Source: Aggregatilineales bacterium (lineage in GTDB: Bacteria > Chloroflexota > Anaerolineae > Aggregatilineales > Phototrophicaceae). Taken from it: a stretch of 56,914 bases of DNA. The position numbers and the translations under genes were made by a program. Below are positions 8,768-18,314 of this stretch, in pieces. The stretch is from the NCBI GenBank assembly GCA_038251045.1, contig JBBSBS010000001.1:1-56914 (forward strand), in the 5' to 3' direction. Below the pieces are notes generated by a model. The model searched no databases and had not been told where the DNA came from. It saw only the letters and a list, made by a program, of their open reading frames with translations. Position 1 is the first letter of the stretch, and each line of letters starts with the position of its first letter.

Positions 8768-9508
8768 ATGTCACTGCGATTTCATGAGATTTCTGAAGGT
8801 AACCACCGCATCCTTAATCCGTTCAGTGAAAATGATTTGATGTTACTGGGCGAAATTTGCCGATTACAGCCGCAAATGCGCCAACTTGATCTGGCCTGCG
8901 GTAAAGGTGAAATGTTGTGCCAATGGGCGCGGCGCTGGGGGATCACCGGCGTAGGCGTAGACATCAGCAAGGTTTTTCTGCCAGCAGCCCGGCAGCGAGC
9001 AACCGAGTTGAATGTCACCGATAAAGTCACATTTATTGAGGCGGATGCGGGCACTTACATGACTGAAGGGCAGCAATTCGATATTGTGAGCTGCATCGGT
9101 GCAACGTGGATTGGTAAAGGCTTGGTGGGTACACTGCGGCTGATGCAACCGGTGCTTAAACCGGACGGGCTGCTGCTGGTTGGTGAACCGTACTGGAAAG
9201 AACCACCGCCGGATGAAGCTTATCAATCGGCGGGGTTGGGTAAAGACGACTTCACCTCGCTGATCGGTACGCTTGATCGATTTGAATCGGCGGGCTGCAA
9301 AGTGGTTGAAATGGTGCTGGCAGATTTGCACAGTTGGGATCGCTATGTGGCGGCACAATGGTGGACGGTGAATCAATGGACATCTGAGAATCCAAATGAC
9401 CCTGACACAGCGGAGTTACAAGCGTGGATAGAATCCAATCAACGAGATTATCTGCAATATGGTAGGCGCTATCTGGGATGGGGCGTGTTCGTGGTTAAGC
9501 TGAAGTAA
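8768..9508 (+). CDS. Class I SAM-dependent methyltransferase, YjhP-like
   Basis: HRILNPF, LDLACGKGEML, CIGATWI, LVGEPYW, WDRYVAAQW and YLGWGVF motifs. Confidence 0.9.
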   Translation: MSLRFHEISEGNHRILNPFSENDLMLLGEICRLQPQMRQLDLACGKGEMLCQWARRWGITGVGVDISKVFLPAARQRATELNVTDKVTFIEADAGTYMTEGQQFDIVSCIGATWIGKGLVGTLRLMQPVLKPDGLLLVGEPYWKEPPPDEAYQSAGLGKDDFTSLIGTLDRFESAGCKVVEMVLADLHSWDRYVAAQWWTVNQWTSENPNDPDTAELQAWIESNQRDYLQYGRRYLGWGVFVVKLK

Positions 9509-9510
9509 TC

Positions 9511-9546
9511 AAAAGGGGTGGTGGCTAATGGTCACCTCCCCTTTTT
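9511..9546. terminator. Bidirectional intrinsic terminator
   Basis: AAAAGGGGTGGTGGC-TAATG-GTCACCTCCCCTTTTT between convergent genes. Confidence 0.8.
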
Positions 9547-9559
9547 CATACGGAAAACT

Positions 9560-10282
9560 TCAAGGCACGGCAGTAGACACGGCAAAAGGTGTGCCGGATG
9601 GTGCGGTAGATGTGAGGACGATGGCGGTGGCTGTCGCATTATTATCGTTCACACGGTCGACTACACGCCCGATCAACCGGAGGGTGGCGAGCACACTAAT
9701 GACGATTAATACGCCGACCAAAATACCTGTCCATGGCAGTACCAACTTTTGTTTGGAAGGCGAGACAGCGACAACATTCGGGGGATTTAGAACCGGCTGT
9801 GATTCGTCGTCGGCTAGTGGATAGGTATCACGAATAGTGGTAATGAGGCGAGCGATGTCACGGTTAAAGTCGGGGTCGTTACGAACAGTGGCGGCATTGC
9901 GGTAGTAGATGGGTTGTAGACTCTCTGGCAAATCGGTGAGTGCGGGCATTGCTCCATCGTCCACGAGCAAGGGAATCACCAGTACCGAATCGCGTTTTAG
10001 TCCGGCTTCGATTTCGATGCGCACAAAGTCAGCCGGATTATCGAGGCGGCGCTGACCATTGTTTTCGACGGCACCCAGCCAGTGAGAGCCGATGACCGCC
10101 AGCAGTACATCACAACGCTCGACGGCCTCGTTTAATAGTGCTGGATAATTCGCACCCAGCGGAATTACGTCTACATCTTTGAAAATGGATTTTTCGCCGA
10201 AGGCCACGCAAAGACGATCATAAATCCGTCCACTGGCAGCGGCACTGTCGCTGCGGCGATAGGAAATGAATATACGCGGCAC
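9560..10282 (-). CDS. TIR-domain (TIR_2) protein with one C-terminal TM helix
   Basis: IFISYRRSDS, IFKDVD.IP.G, DVLLAVIG..W and DFVRIEIE (catalytic Glu); TM WTGILVGVLIVISVLA. Confidence 0.9.
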   Translation of the reverse strand: MPRIFISYRRSDSAAASGRIYDRLCVAFGEKSIFKDVDVIPLGANYPALLNEAVERCDVLLAVIGSHWLGAVENNGQRRLDNPADFVRIEIEAGLKRDSVLVIPLLVDDGAMPALTDLPESLQPIYYRNAATVRNDPDFNRDIARLITTIRDTYPLADDESQPVLNPPNVVAVSPSKQKLVLPWTGILVGVLIVISVLATLRLIGRVVDRVNDNNATATAIVLTSTAPSGTPFAVSTAVP

Positions 10283-10345
10283 AGATGCCCCTCATCAATC
10301 GGCAGGTACATTACAGTATGCTTATTATAGTGCGGATTGCGAGGT

Positions 10346-10375
10346 AAAATAAGAGGCCTACCCAAGTAAGCCTCT
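10346..10375 (-). terminator. Intrinsic terminator after the YceI-family gene
   Basis: Minus strand AGAGGCTTAC-TTGG-GTAGGCCTCT-TATTTT. Confidence 0.75.
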
Positions 10376-10398
10376 CATCAATGCCAGACTGTGAAACG

Positions 10399-11277
10399 TT
10401 ATTCGGTAGCGATTGGAGCCGAAAACTTAATATCGAGTGTCACATCATTGCTGACGTTGGCTACACCGGGCGCATTGGGGATTTGCAGATTGAATTGTTC
10501 ACGGGTGACGTTGGTAGTGGCTGAACCGGTCAGCGTGTCGTCAGCGGCAGTTACCGAGACATCAAAGGTCACAGATTGGACAATTTCGCGGATCTTCAGA
10601 TCACCTGTCACTTTGAAATTGATGGTCGAGCCTTTGTCCACACTATCGGGCAAGCCAGTGATGCCAGTCGGTGTGAACTCTATGAACTGATACTTGTCAT
10701 TGGCAGATTCCAAAATCTGGCTGCGAATAGCACGATTGCGGAATTCCTCCGGTGTTACCAGTGTGCGGGCGTTGATCCGCAGCACACCGATTTTTGAGTT
10801 AGAAGGTGTCGTGAAGTCTACAAAAATATCGCCGGCGACCTGATCGGTAGTGCCGACAACGGTAGTGGGCACACCACGCAAATCTTCGGTCAGGGTAAAG
10901 CTGACTTCCGATCCATCGGTGGCGATACGGTAAAGTGTGCCAGCAGCGGCAGCCTGCACGGCAGCGGTCGCTTCAGGAGTGATTTCCATCATAGCAGTGG
11001 TTGCTTCAGCCGTCATTTCCGCGGTCGCTTCGGCAGTGGTTTCCATGATGGCTTCGGCAAGGGCAGTGCTCAAGGCTTCATTGGTCGCTTCCAGATCGGC
11101 AACACGGGTTAATGCGATGTTGGGTGTGGGTGATGAAAGATCAAGCGTGGGGGCACTCAAGGGTTCGGTTGCTTCACCATTACCGCCTACAAAATAGATG
11201 TAGGCGAAGATACTCACAGCAGCGGTGATAGCCATGAGTATAAAAATACCGATAGTGTTCAAAGTACGACGCGACAT
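10399..11277 (-). CDS. Membrane-anchored YceI family protein
   Basis: SEVSF...E.L.G....VVGTT..V.G, RNRAIR..IL and GDLKIR....VTFDV motifs; N-terminal TM and TAEAT linker. Confidence 0.88.
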   Translation of the reverse strand: MSRRTLNTIGIFILMAITAAVSIFAYIYFVGGNGEATEPLSAPTLDLSSPTPNIALTRVADLEATNEALSTALAEAIMETTAEATAEMTAEATTAMMEITPEATAAVQAAAAGTLYRIATDGSEVSFTLTEDLRGVPTTVVGTTDQVAGDIFVDFTTPSNSKIGVLRINARTLVTPEEFRNRAIRSQILESANDKYQFIEFTPTGITGLPDSVDKGSTINFKVTGDLKIREIVQSVTFDVSVTAADDTLTGSATTNVTREQFNLQIPNAPGVANVSNDVTLDIKFSAPIATE

Positions 11278-11393
11278 TAGTCCTCCAAATTATAAAGATC
11301 AATGAGGCATCAAACGAAACCCCTTGAAGCATGATAACAGAGGGTTGCCCTAGTTTAGATGTTTTGGAAACACTTACTCATTCACTTCTAAAA

Positions 11394-12431
11394 TTACAGG
11401 CCGCCGACCGCCAGCACAACGCCTGTTTCCGGCGCACCAAGCGCATTGACGGATATAAACAACTGACCATCTTCACTTTGTGCGATGCCATAGGGTGAGC
11501 TGAGTTTATCCACCACCACTTCCAGACCGTCTTTGCTGACTTTGACAAGGCTTCCAGTATCGGCATTAAAACCGGTGTCGCCGTAGCCATCCGCCATCTG
11601 TACGGCATATAGTGTGCCATCGGCAGCCAGCAATATGTCGGTCACGAGAGTCAGATTGGCATAAGTGTCTTTCAAGGTGCCGTCGGCAGCGTAGACTTCA
11701 ATGCGGGCGCTGTCTTTAGCAAAGGGATAACCACCGAGGAAGCCGACATAAATATCACCATCGGGACTCATCGCAAGCGAGGTCGGTACAGACTGCGGTT
11801 TATCCTGTTCAGCAGGCCACGAGGCGAAAATCTGGAGGCCATCTTGTTCCGTCCAAGTGAGCACATCATTTGCACTGGCATCGGCAATAAAGACCTTGCC
11901 GTCACTATCAACTACCAGAGCAGCGGGATTAGAAACCATTTCCTGCGCTTTATCGGGATTATTGGCAGCCTCAAAAGCGGCGAGGTCAATAACCTGTTTG
12001 GCTTCACCCGTGATTTTGTCAAATTGGACGAGGGCAGCACCCTGCTTGCCATCTGGTAATCCAGCGGTCAATGACATACCGAGGGTTACCCAAATACTGT
12101 CCTCGGTCACGACCATATCGGTTGTGCCTTCGATTTGTCCGCCGTTATCCATGCTGATGAGATTGGGAATGACAACCGCTTGTTCACCATCAGCGGTGAC
12201 TGCCGTGATTTGAGATGTTTCACCGAACTTTACCGGGCCATATGGGCCTTTGCCATCTTGATCGCCACCGATACCCGCTTCGGCAACGTATAGTGTACCT
12301 TCGCTATCAAAGGATATATGACGAGGGTTGTTGAGGCCGCTGGCAACCGGTTCATCCTGTGCGGCTACATATGACAATGCGCTTAAGGACAACAATAGAA
12401 CGGTCACAAGCAATATCGTTTTACGAAACAT
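11394..12431 (-). CDS. ScyD/ScyE family secreted beta-propeller protein
   Basis: VASGLNNPR, LYVAEAG.GG, FEAANNPD, SNP, DASAN.VL and QSVPTSLA..PDG..YVG.L.G.PF motifs. Confidence 0.85.
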   Translation of the reverse strand: MFRKTILLVTVLLLSLSALSYVAAQDEPVASGLNNPRHISFDSEGTLYVAEAGIGGDQDGKGPYGPVKFGETSQITAVTADGEQAVVIPNLISMDNGGQIEGTTDMVVTEDSIWVTLGMSLTAGLPDGKQGAALVQFDKITGEAKQVIDLAAFEAANNPDKAQEMVSNPAALVVDSDGKVFIADASANDVLTWTEQDGLQIFASWPAEQDKPQSVPTSLAMSPDGDIYVGFLGGYPFAKDSARIEVYAADGTLKDTYANLTLVTDILLAADGTLYAVQMADGYGDTGFNADTGSLVKVSKDGLEVVVDKLSSPYGIAQSEDGQLFISVNALGAPETGVVLAVGGL

Positions 12432-12473
12432 AGGTAAAATCCCTTCCAATGATTGCCGAATATGTTTTGTATT

Positions 12474-12734
12474 TTAATAGGCAGTGGGAACGCCAATTTC
12501 CTGTACATCAACACACACACCGTCTAATTCAGCAGGGATCATGTCCTGCGGGGAAAGCGAGTCCAGCGGCTGCTTTTGATCCACCAGCACAACCAAACAG
12601 ACATCTCCAGTGTATGCTCCGGCTTTTTTTTCCAGCCCGACGGCTACGCCCATGACATGCGGAATTTTGAGAAGCATCCCGGTATATTTGTTTTGCACGA
12701 GGGTTGCCTTGGCGGTCATTTCATCCTGTGACAT
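12474..12734 (-). CDS. Stand-alone homolog of the N-terminal domain of the adjacent NAL1-like protease
   Basis: RBS AGGAGG; LL.IP.V.GVAVG..GD...VVLV..K.P...L.....IP.ELDGV..DV.EIG aligns with residues ~15-85 of the upstream protease. Confidence 0.85.
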   Translation of the reverse strand: MSQDEMTAKATLVQNKYTGMLLKIPHVMGVAVGLEKKAGAYTGDVCLVVLVDQKQPLDSLSPQDMIPAELDGVCVDVQEIGVPTAY

Positions 12735-12761
12735 ATGAACCTCCTTTACGGACGCACTTTG

Positions 12762-13862
12762 TTAGAGATTAACCTGTAATGCGTTCAATACTGCATCAAT
12801 CGGGTTGAAAATTGTGGATAGGTTAGAACCCGCGAACAGTAAGCCTACGGCTTTATTTTCGGCGGCATCCACCAGAAGCGAACCGGAGTCACCACCCTGA
12901 CTCATGGGCGAGCTGATGATTTGACCGGTAAATCGGGCGGTGCGTGAGCCATAGGCCACATTCACGGTCGCATTCAAGAGGGTAATGGTTCCGGTTGTAT
13001 AGCCGGTGGTGCGTCCAGATTTGCGGACGGCCATACCCAAGGCGGCGGGTTTGGTGCCATGCACCTGACCGATGCCGAGAATATCACCGGTAAACTTGCT
13101 AGGATCGAGGGGTTTGGCAAGCGCACAATCCACCTCATTGGATGGCGTTTGAGCGACCGCATCTATCCCACCAACTGATTGGGTCTTGGTCGGCAGGACA
13201 ACAGAAGTAGAAGTCACACGCTGCTGCGAACCCAACAGCGCGGCGACCGCATTGACAACTGCGACAACCGAATTCACGACGGTGCAGCTTCCGGGCGCGC
13301 CGGGAGTCGGTGTAGGCGTAGGAGTGGGTGTCGGCGGCGGTGGGACTGGGATGTCGGGGTCATCAACATAGCGCAGGGCAATAAAACGCTCCAAGCGAGC
13401 CACTATATCAGCCGGATTTTGACCACCATCCGCAGTACCGGGTTGGAGGATGGCATCCCCAACCAGTGCATCGTTGCTGTTCGCCAGCACGTGGTTATTC
13501 GAGAGAATGAGCTTTTCGCCCGTAAGACGGTCGGTGACGATGGTGCCGAGTGTGCCGGCTGTGATTTTATAGTGACCAATGCTGATGCCGCTGGGGATTT
13601 CGGGACGGAAGCGGTCACGCGGGCTGTCGTAGGCGCGCAAATAACCGACTTCAACCACATCAGTTTTCACGCCGTCTACTTCTTTGGGTACTGCTTCGGC
13701 AACTGTAAGCGCAGCCACAGGGACTTTGCGCTCGACAAGCACGACTACTGAGGGATCGCCTACACTGTTTTTCAGACCGATAGCAACACCGATGACATTG
13801 GGCTTCGCCAAGAGTGATTCCTGAAAAACGCGCTGCGCCTGAAAAGCTTCATTCATAGACAT
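12762..13862 (-). CDS. NAL1-like trypsin-fold serine protease, no signal peptide
   Basis: GISIGH...TAGTLG, LSNNHVLA (His), VDCALA (Asp), KSGRTTG.T.G, GGDSGS (Ser) and GLLFAGS; RBS GGAGGGAG before ATG 13862. Confidence 0.88.
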   Translation of the reverse strand: MSMNEAFQAQRVFQESLLAKPNVIGVAIGLKNSVGDPSVVVLVERKVPVAALTVAEAVPKEVDGVKTDVVEVGYLRAYDSPRDRFRPEIPSGISIGHYKITAGTLGTIVTDRLTGEKLILSNNHVLANSNDALVGDAILQPGTADGGQNPADIVARLERFIALRYVDDPDIPVPPPPTPTPTPTPTPGAPGSCTVVNSVVAVVNAVAALLGSQQRVTSTSVVLPTKTQSVGGIDAVAQTPSNEVDCALAKPLDPSKFTGDILGIGQVHGTKPAALGMAVRKSGRTTGYTTGTITLLNATVNVAYGSRTARFTGQIISSPMSQGGDSGSLLVDAAENKAVGLLFAGSNLSTIFNPIDAVLNALQVNL

Positions 13863-14099
13863 TTTTACTACTCCCTCCAAATAAGCACACTACCCTTCTT
13901 GACACATTGTAGCATCGTTTGAGGGGGTGCGCTGAAGGCAATAAGTCAGCCGATTCGTGCCTCATTTTATGTTAATTATGCTAAACTCGGTGGGGAACTA
14001 ATAAATTCGTGAGATCAGCGAACTTTTAGGCCAACTATGGGATATAGTATTAGTTTACAACTCATTAGGGGTCGGCTGCGCCTGACGACAAGCATTCCC

Positions 14100-14972
14100 A
14101 TGAACAGGAGAAACAGTGTGAGAATACGTATGTTGGCTTTTATGGTAGGCGTATTTCTGCTGGGTGCATGCAGCGGCACAAGTAGTCCTGTTAAGCAATT
14201 TACAAAAGGTGCCGAGCTGGTATTTTACGATTTCACGACTCCTGCGACATTTGAGGAAGGGTTGTATGGTAACGGCAACGCACGGCTGCAAATTGCAAAC
14301 GGTGTGTATAACATTTCGGTGACCGCTGGCGACAACACATTGTATTACGGACAGTGGGGGTCAGCGCTGGCGGATGTGGTGGTTGATGTAGAGGCGCGGC
14401 AAACATCCGAGGATGTCAACACCACTTACGGGGTAATCTGCCGCGCACGCGGTACAGTGGGTCAAACAATAGAGGCGGTGGCTGAAGCTACCGAATCGGC
14501 AGGCAGCGATACAATTATGGCAAGTGCGGACAGCGAAGGCACGTCAGAAGCTACACTTGAGTCCACAGCCGAAGTAACGGCAGAAGCTACAATAGAAGCG
14601 GCTGCGGAAGGCGGCACATCCAACGCCTTGCGCGACAACACATCGAATAATGGTGATGGGTATCTTTTCATGATACAAGGCAGCGGACGTTACGCCATTT
14701 TACGGTCACAAGGTCGCAAGATCACGCCGCTGGTCAATTGGGCATCATCGAGCGCTATCAATACCAGCGCGGCACAGAACCGCATCCGCGCCGTGTGCAT
14801 GGGAAGCTATTTAGCACTATACGTGAACGGGCAATTCATAGCAGACGCTACCGATGATTTGTACACTCAAGGTCAAATTGGTCTGGTGGGTGCATCCGCC
14901 GGACGAACCGGAATGGCAGTGACGTTTGACAACCTATCTATCAGCGCAGTTAGCGAAGCAAAAACGGGTTAA
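14100..14972 (+). CDS. Lipoprotein with a DUF1080/concanavalin-like beta-sandwich and an acidic TAEAT insertion
   Basis: Lipobox LGAC; YGVICR, GYLF.I...G.Y.I, N.IRAVC.G..L.LYVNG, G.IGL and V.FDNL motifs. Confidence 0.75.
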   Translation: MNRRNSVRIRMLAFMVGVFLLGACSGTSSPVKQFTKGAELVFYDFTTPATFEEGLYGNGNARLQIANGVYNISVTAGDNTLYYGQWGSALADVVVDVEARQTSEDVNTTYGVICRARGTVGQTIEAVAEATESAGSDTIMASADSEGTSEATLESTAEVTAEATIEAAAEGGTSNALRDNTSNNGDGYLFMIQGSGRYAILRSQGRKITPLVNWASSSAINTSAAQNRIRAVCMGSYLALYVNGQFIADATDDLYTQGQIGLVGASAGRTGMAVTFDNLSISAVSEAKTG

Positions 14973-14980
14973 ATCCAGCG

Positions 14981-15739
14981 ATGATTGAAGCCGACCCCGT
15001 ATTTGGCAATGTTATTGGTAATTACCCCAGCAACCGGGCGCGATTGGTCGCCCCGGCTGTCATATTATCGGGTGTGGCATCGGTCATCCTGAACGCCACG
15101 CTGGCGGCGGTTGAGGATTGGTGGGGGCCAGCCTTAACGGTCATCATCATGGCGGCAGTGGTGCTGGTTCTGGGATGGCGTGTGCTGCACTTCTGGAATC
15201 ACGAAGTGGTGCTTTACGATGAGGGACTCAGTTACCGCGAAGGGGCACGTCCGGTCTTTTTCCTGTATCACGAGATTTTGAGCGTCCGGCAGCAGGGGCA
15301 GCGATTGGCCTATTTCGGCGGCCTGATACGGCGTAACACGTATCGTTTCACGCTCACCACGCTGCGGGGTGAGGTGATGATCCTCGACAATCTTTATGTG
15401 CGGGTAGAGGAACTGGGCGCAAATGCCGAGAAAAAAATCTACGCGGTACTTGAACCGTATCTAAAAGAATTGATGGCAAAAGGCGAGAAGATCCCTTTTT
15501 CAAACAGTCTGCGGTTGAGCAGCGAAGGATTGCACGAAAAAGGCCGCGACCTGCCGTGGGCAGAATTCGACGGATACAAAATCAGCAGTGGACAAATGTC
15601 CCTGTTCGCCCAACCGGACAAAACTGTGTGGCTCACGATCCCGCTGCCAGAAGTGGACAACATACCCCTTTTGATTCGCTGGCTGAAGCAGCACGAAAAT
15701 ACCCTTCCAACCATGATCACACTAGAAGCTCATTCGTAA
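14981..15739 (+). CDS. Two-TM membrane protein with PH-like domains (DUF6585-like)
   Basis: Two N-terminal TM helices, then V.LY..GL, GE.I.F..LRLS..GL, LPW.E and V.NIPLL. Confidence 0.65.
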   Translation: MIEADPVFGNVIGNYPSNRARLVAPAVILSGVASVILNATLAAVEDWWGPALTVIIMAAVVLVLGWRVLHFWNHEVVLYDEGLSYREGARPVFFLYHEILSVRQQGQRLAYFGGLIRRNTYRFTLTTLRGEVMILDNLYVRVEELGANAEKKIYAVLEPYLKELMAKGEKIPFSNSLRLSSEGLHEKGRDLPWAEFDGYKISSGQMSLFAQPDKTVWLTIPLPEVDNIPLLIRWLKQHENTLPTMITLEAHS

Positions 15740-15834
15740 CATTTACCAACCCTGCCCATAGGTTCAGTAGACTACAGTCCATCTGTTCTGTATGATTTAA
15801 CCACAAGAACACACGGTTTTGACCGGAGGTAATT

Positions 15835-17787
15835 ATGCATGGTGGTGGTTGGTGGGTTTATGCTTGGGGCAGTGACCAAGATAAGAAAAATAACGTAACG
15901 TGGCCGCTGGTCAAACGCGTGCTGGGTTATGCGCGGCCTTACTGGGGCAAGATTGCGATCACTTTAGTGACGATCTTGATCACAACGGGATTAGGATTGC
16001 TCACCCCTTTAATTTTCCGCGATTTGATTGATAACGCATTACCGAATGGCAATGTAGAACGATTAAACGTACTGGCAATAGGATTGGTACTGATACCCAT
16101 ATTCGTCAGCATAGTGGGTATGTATTCGCGCTTTCTAAACGCGCAAATCGGCGAGGGTGTAATTTTCGACTTGCGAACAGCACTCTACAGCCATTTGCAA
16201 CGCATGTCTCTGCGCTTTTTCACCAATACGAAGGTTGGTGAATTGATGAGCCGCCTCAACAATGATGTGGTGAATGCACAGTCGGCTATCAGCGATACGA
16301 TTGTGTCGATGGTGGTCAATGTAGTGCAGGTGGTGGCGGTGATGGGTGTCATGCTGACGCTGGACTGGCGGCTGACCGTGATGAGCGTGGCGGTGCTACC
16401 GGTATTCATCGTGATCGCGCGGCGGCGCGGGGGCAAACTCCGTAATATCCGGCGTGAGGGTATGGAATACAACGCGCAGATGAACGCCATGATGAATGAG
16501 ACATTGAATATTGGCGGTACGCTGCTGGTCAAACTTTTCGGACGCGGGACGCTGGAAACCGAGCGCTTCGCTAACCGGGCTGGCAAAGTACGGGACATTG
16601 GAGTCAGAGAAGCGTTTCTCGGTAACCAATTCTTTGCGATTGTCGGGTTGGTGAGTGTGGTCGGAACAGCGGTGGTTTACTGGGTCGGTGGTCATCTGGT
16701 GTTGGACGGTGTGTTCACGATCGGTACGATTGTGGCTTTCAGCGCTTATCTCGGTCAACTGTATGGGCCGCTGCAATCGCTCACCAATGCACCAGTGATG
16801 TTCGCACGATCTATGGTTAGCTTCGAGCGTGTGTTTGAAGTGATTGACCTGCCGCTGGACATTGTCGAAAAACCGGATGCACTTGTCTTGAAGGATTCGC
16901 GCGGCGAACTCACATTTGATCATGTCGGGTTCAAGTATGACATTCGCGCCGAAAACTTGCTGGTGGAAGTCAACCGTCCGGGGCGAATGGATAACATCAA
17001 AAATGTGATGTCGCTTGATAGCAATGGTGATGGTAAAGCGGTAAAAGCTGCCGGCAATGGCGAGGCTGACAAACCTTATACACAGGCGCGGGAAGCAGCA
17101 TTGGACGATGTGTCGTTCACAATCCAACCGGGGCAACTGGTGGCGCTGGTCGGCCCAAGTGGCGCTGGCAAAACCACGATGACCTACCTCATCCCACGGT
17201 TGTATGACCCCAGCGAAGGACGCATCTTGATTGATGGTCATGATTTACGGGATGTAACGCTGGACTCGTTGGCGCGGCAAATCGGCATGGTGACACAAGA
17301 AACGCATTTGTTCCACGATACGATCCGCACTAATTTGTTGTATGCCAAAATAGATGCGACACAGGATGAGATGGAGGCGGCTTGCAAGGCAGCCAACATC
17401 CACGACTTTATTATGGGGTTGGCAGATGGTTACGACTCAGTGGTCGGCGAACGCGGTTACCGACTGAGTGGCGGTGAAAAGCAGCGCCTCGCCATCGCCC
17501 GTGTCGTCCTTAAGAACCCGCGTATTCTGGTGCTGGACGAGGCCACCAGCCACCTTGACAGCCAATCGGAGGCGCTTATTCAAGATGCGCTGAAAACGGT
17601 TATGGCTGGACGCACCAGCATTGTCATTGCCCACCGCTTGAGCACCATTCTGGCGGCTGATCAAATTCTGGTGATGGATCGCGGGCAGACGGTTGAACGC
17701 GGTACACATCAGGAACTTCTGGCACAAGGCGGCTTGTACGCTGACCTGTATGAAACGCAGTTCAAGAGCGACCGCGAATTAGCCTGA
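15835..17787 (+). CDS. ABC exporter, fused TMD and NBD (MsbA/multidrug-like)
   Basis: GPSGAGKT, LSGGEKQR, LVLDEATS and IAHRL motifs; six-TM N-domain. Confidence 0.95.
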   Translation: MHGGGWWVYAWGSDQDKKNNVTWPLVKRVLGYARPYWGKIAITLVTILITTGLGLLTPLIFRDLIDNALPNGNVERLNVLAIGLVLIPIFVSIVGMYSRFLNAQIGEGVIFDLRTALYSHLQRMSLRFFTNTKVGELMSRLNNDVVNAQSAISDTIVSMVVNVVQVVAVMGVMLTLDWRLTVMSVAVLPVFIVIARRRGGKLRNIRREGMEYNAQMNAMMNETLNIGGTLLVKLFGRGTLETERFANRAGKVRDIGVREAFLGNQFFAIVGLVSVVGTAVVYWVGGHLVLDGVFTIGTIVAFSAYLGQLYGPLQSLTNAPVMFARSMVSFERVFEVIDLPLDIVEKPDALVLKDSRGELTFDHVGFKYDIRAENLLVEVNRPGRMDNIKNVMSLDSNGDGKAVKAAGNGEADKPYTQAREAALDDVSFTIQPGQLVALVGPSGAGKTTMTYLIPRLYDPSEGRILIDGHDLRDVTLDSLARQIGMVTQETHLFHDTIRTNLLYAKIDATQDEMEAACKAANIHDFIMGLADGYDSVVGERGYRLSGGEKQRLAIARVVLKNPRILVLDEATSHLDSQSEALIQDALKTVMAGRTSIVIAHRLSTILAADQILVMDRGQTVERGTHQELLAQGGLYADLYETQFKSDRELA

Positions 17788-17797
17788 TCTGCAAAAT

Positions 17798-17817
17798 GGG
17801 GCGGGCACAACCGCCCC
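17798..17817. repeat. REP-like hairpin GGGGCGG-N6-CCGCCCC
   Basis: Perfect 7-bp stem; related to 42178-42202. Confidence 0.55.
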
Positions 17818-17897
17818 TTAGCAGGCCATTTCCAATCCCCTCTTACGCTCATCTGCAAAGTCAGGTATCCTTTTTCGAAATGTGACATATACAGGAT

Positions 17898-18314
17898 ATG
17901 CTTATGGCGATTGAGGTTGTTTGGGATGATCAATTACCAAATTTGATTTGCTACCGGTTTCCGGCACGCTGGACATGGGAAGATTATTTAACCGCATCCC
18001 AACAAGAATCAGCGCTGGCCCAAACAATCAACAATGAGCGTTACGATGTCATCGGGGATTTTCTGCAAAGCCCATATTTGCCAACCGGTTCAGGCATCAG
18101 CCTTGTATACAGCGCGTTCAAGAAAAGCCGTCATCAACGCGGTCTGGTGGTGGTCGTCACTACGCAGTTGTTGATTCGAACAATGGTTGAAATTGGTACG
18201 AAAGCCTACGCGGAGACGCGCAACAGTTTTGCGACAACCAACAACCTCAAGCAGGCGTACACAATCATCGAAAACAGCCGCATCAAAGCACATCAGGAAA
18301 TAAAAGCATTATGA
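17898..18314 (+). CDS. Hypothetical protein (STAS/SEC14-like Anaerolineae family)
   Basis: IEVVWDD...I.Y.F...WTWEDY...I.DF pattern. Confidence 0.7.
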   Translation: MLMAIEVVWDDQLPNLICYRFPARWTWEDYLTASQQESALAQTINNERYDVIGDFLQSPYLPTGSGISLVYSAFKKSRHQRGLVVVVTTQLLIRTMVEIGTKAYAETRNSFATTNNLKQAYTIIENSRIKAHQEIKAL

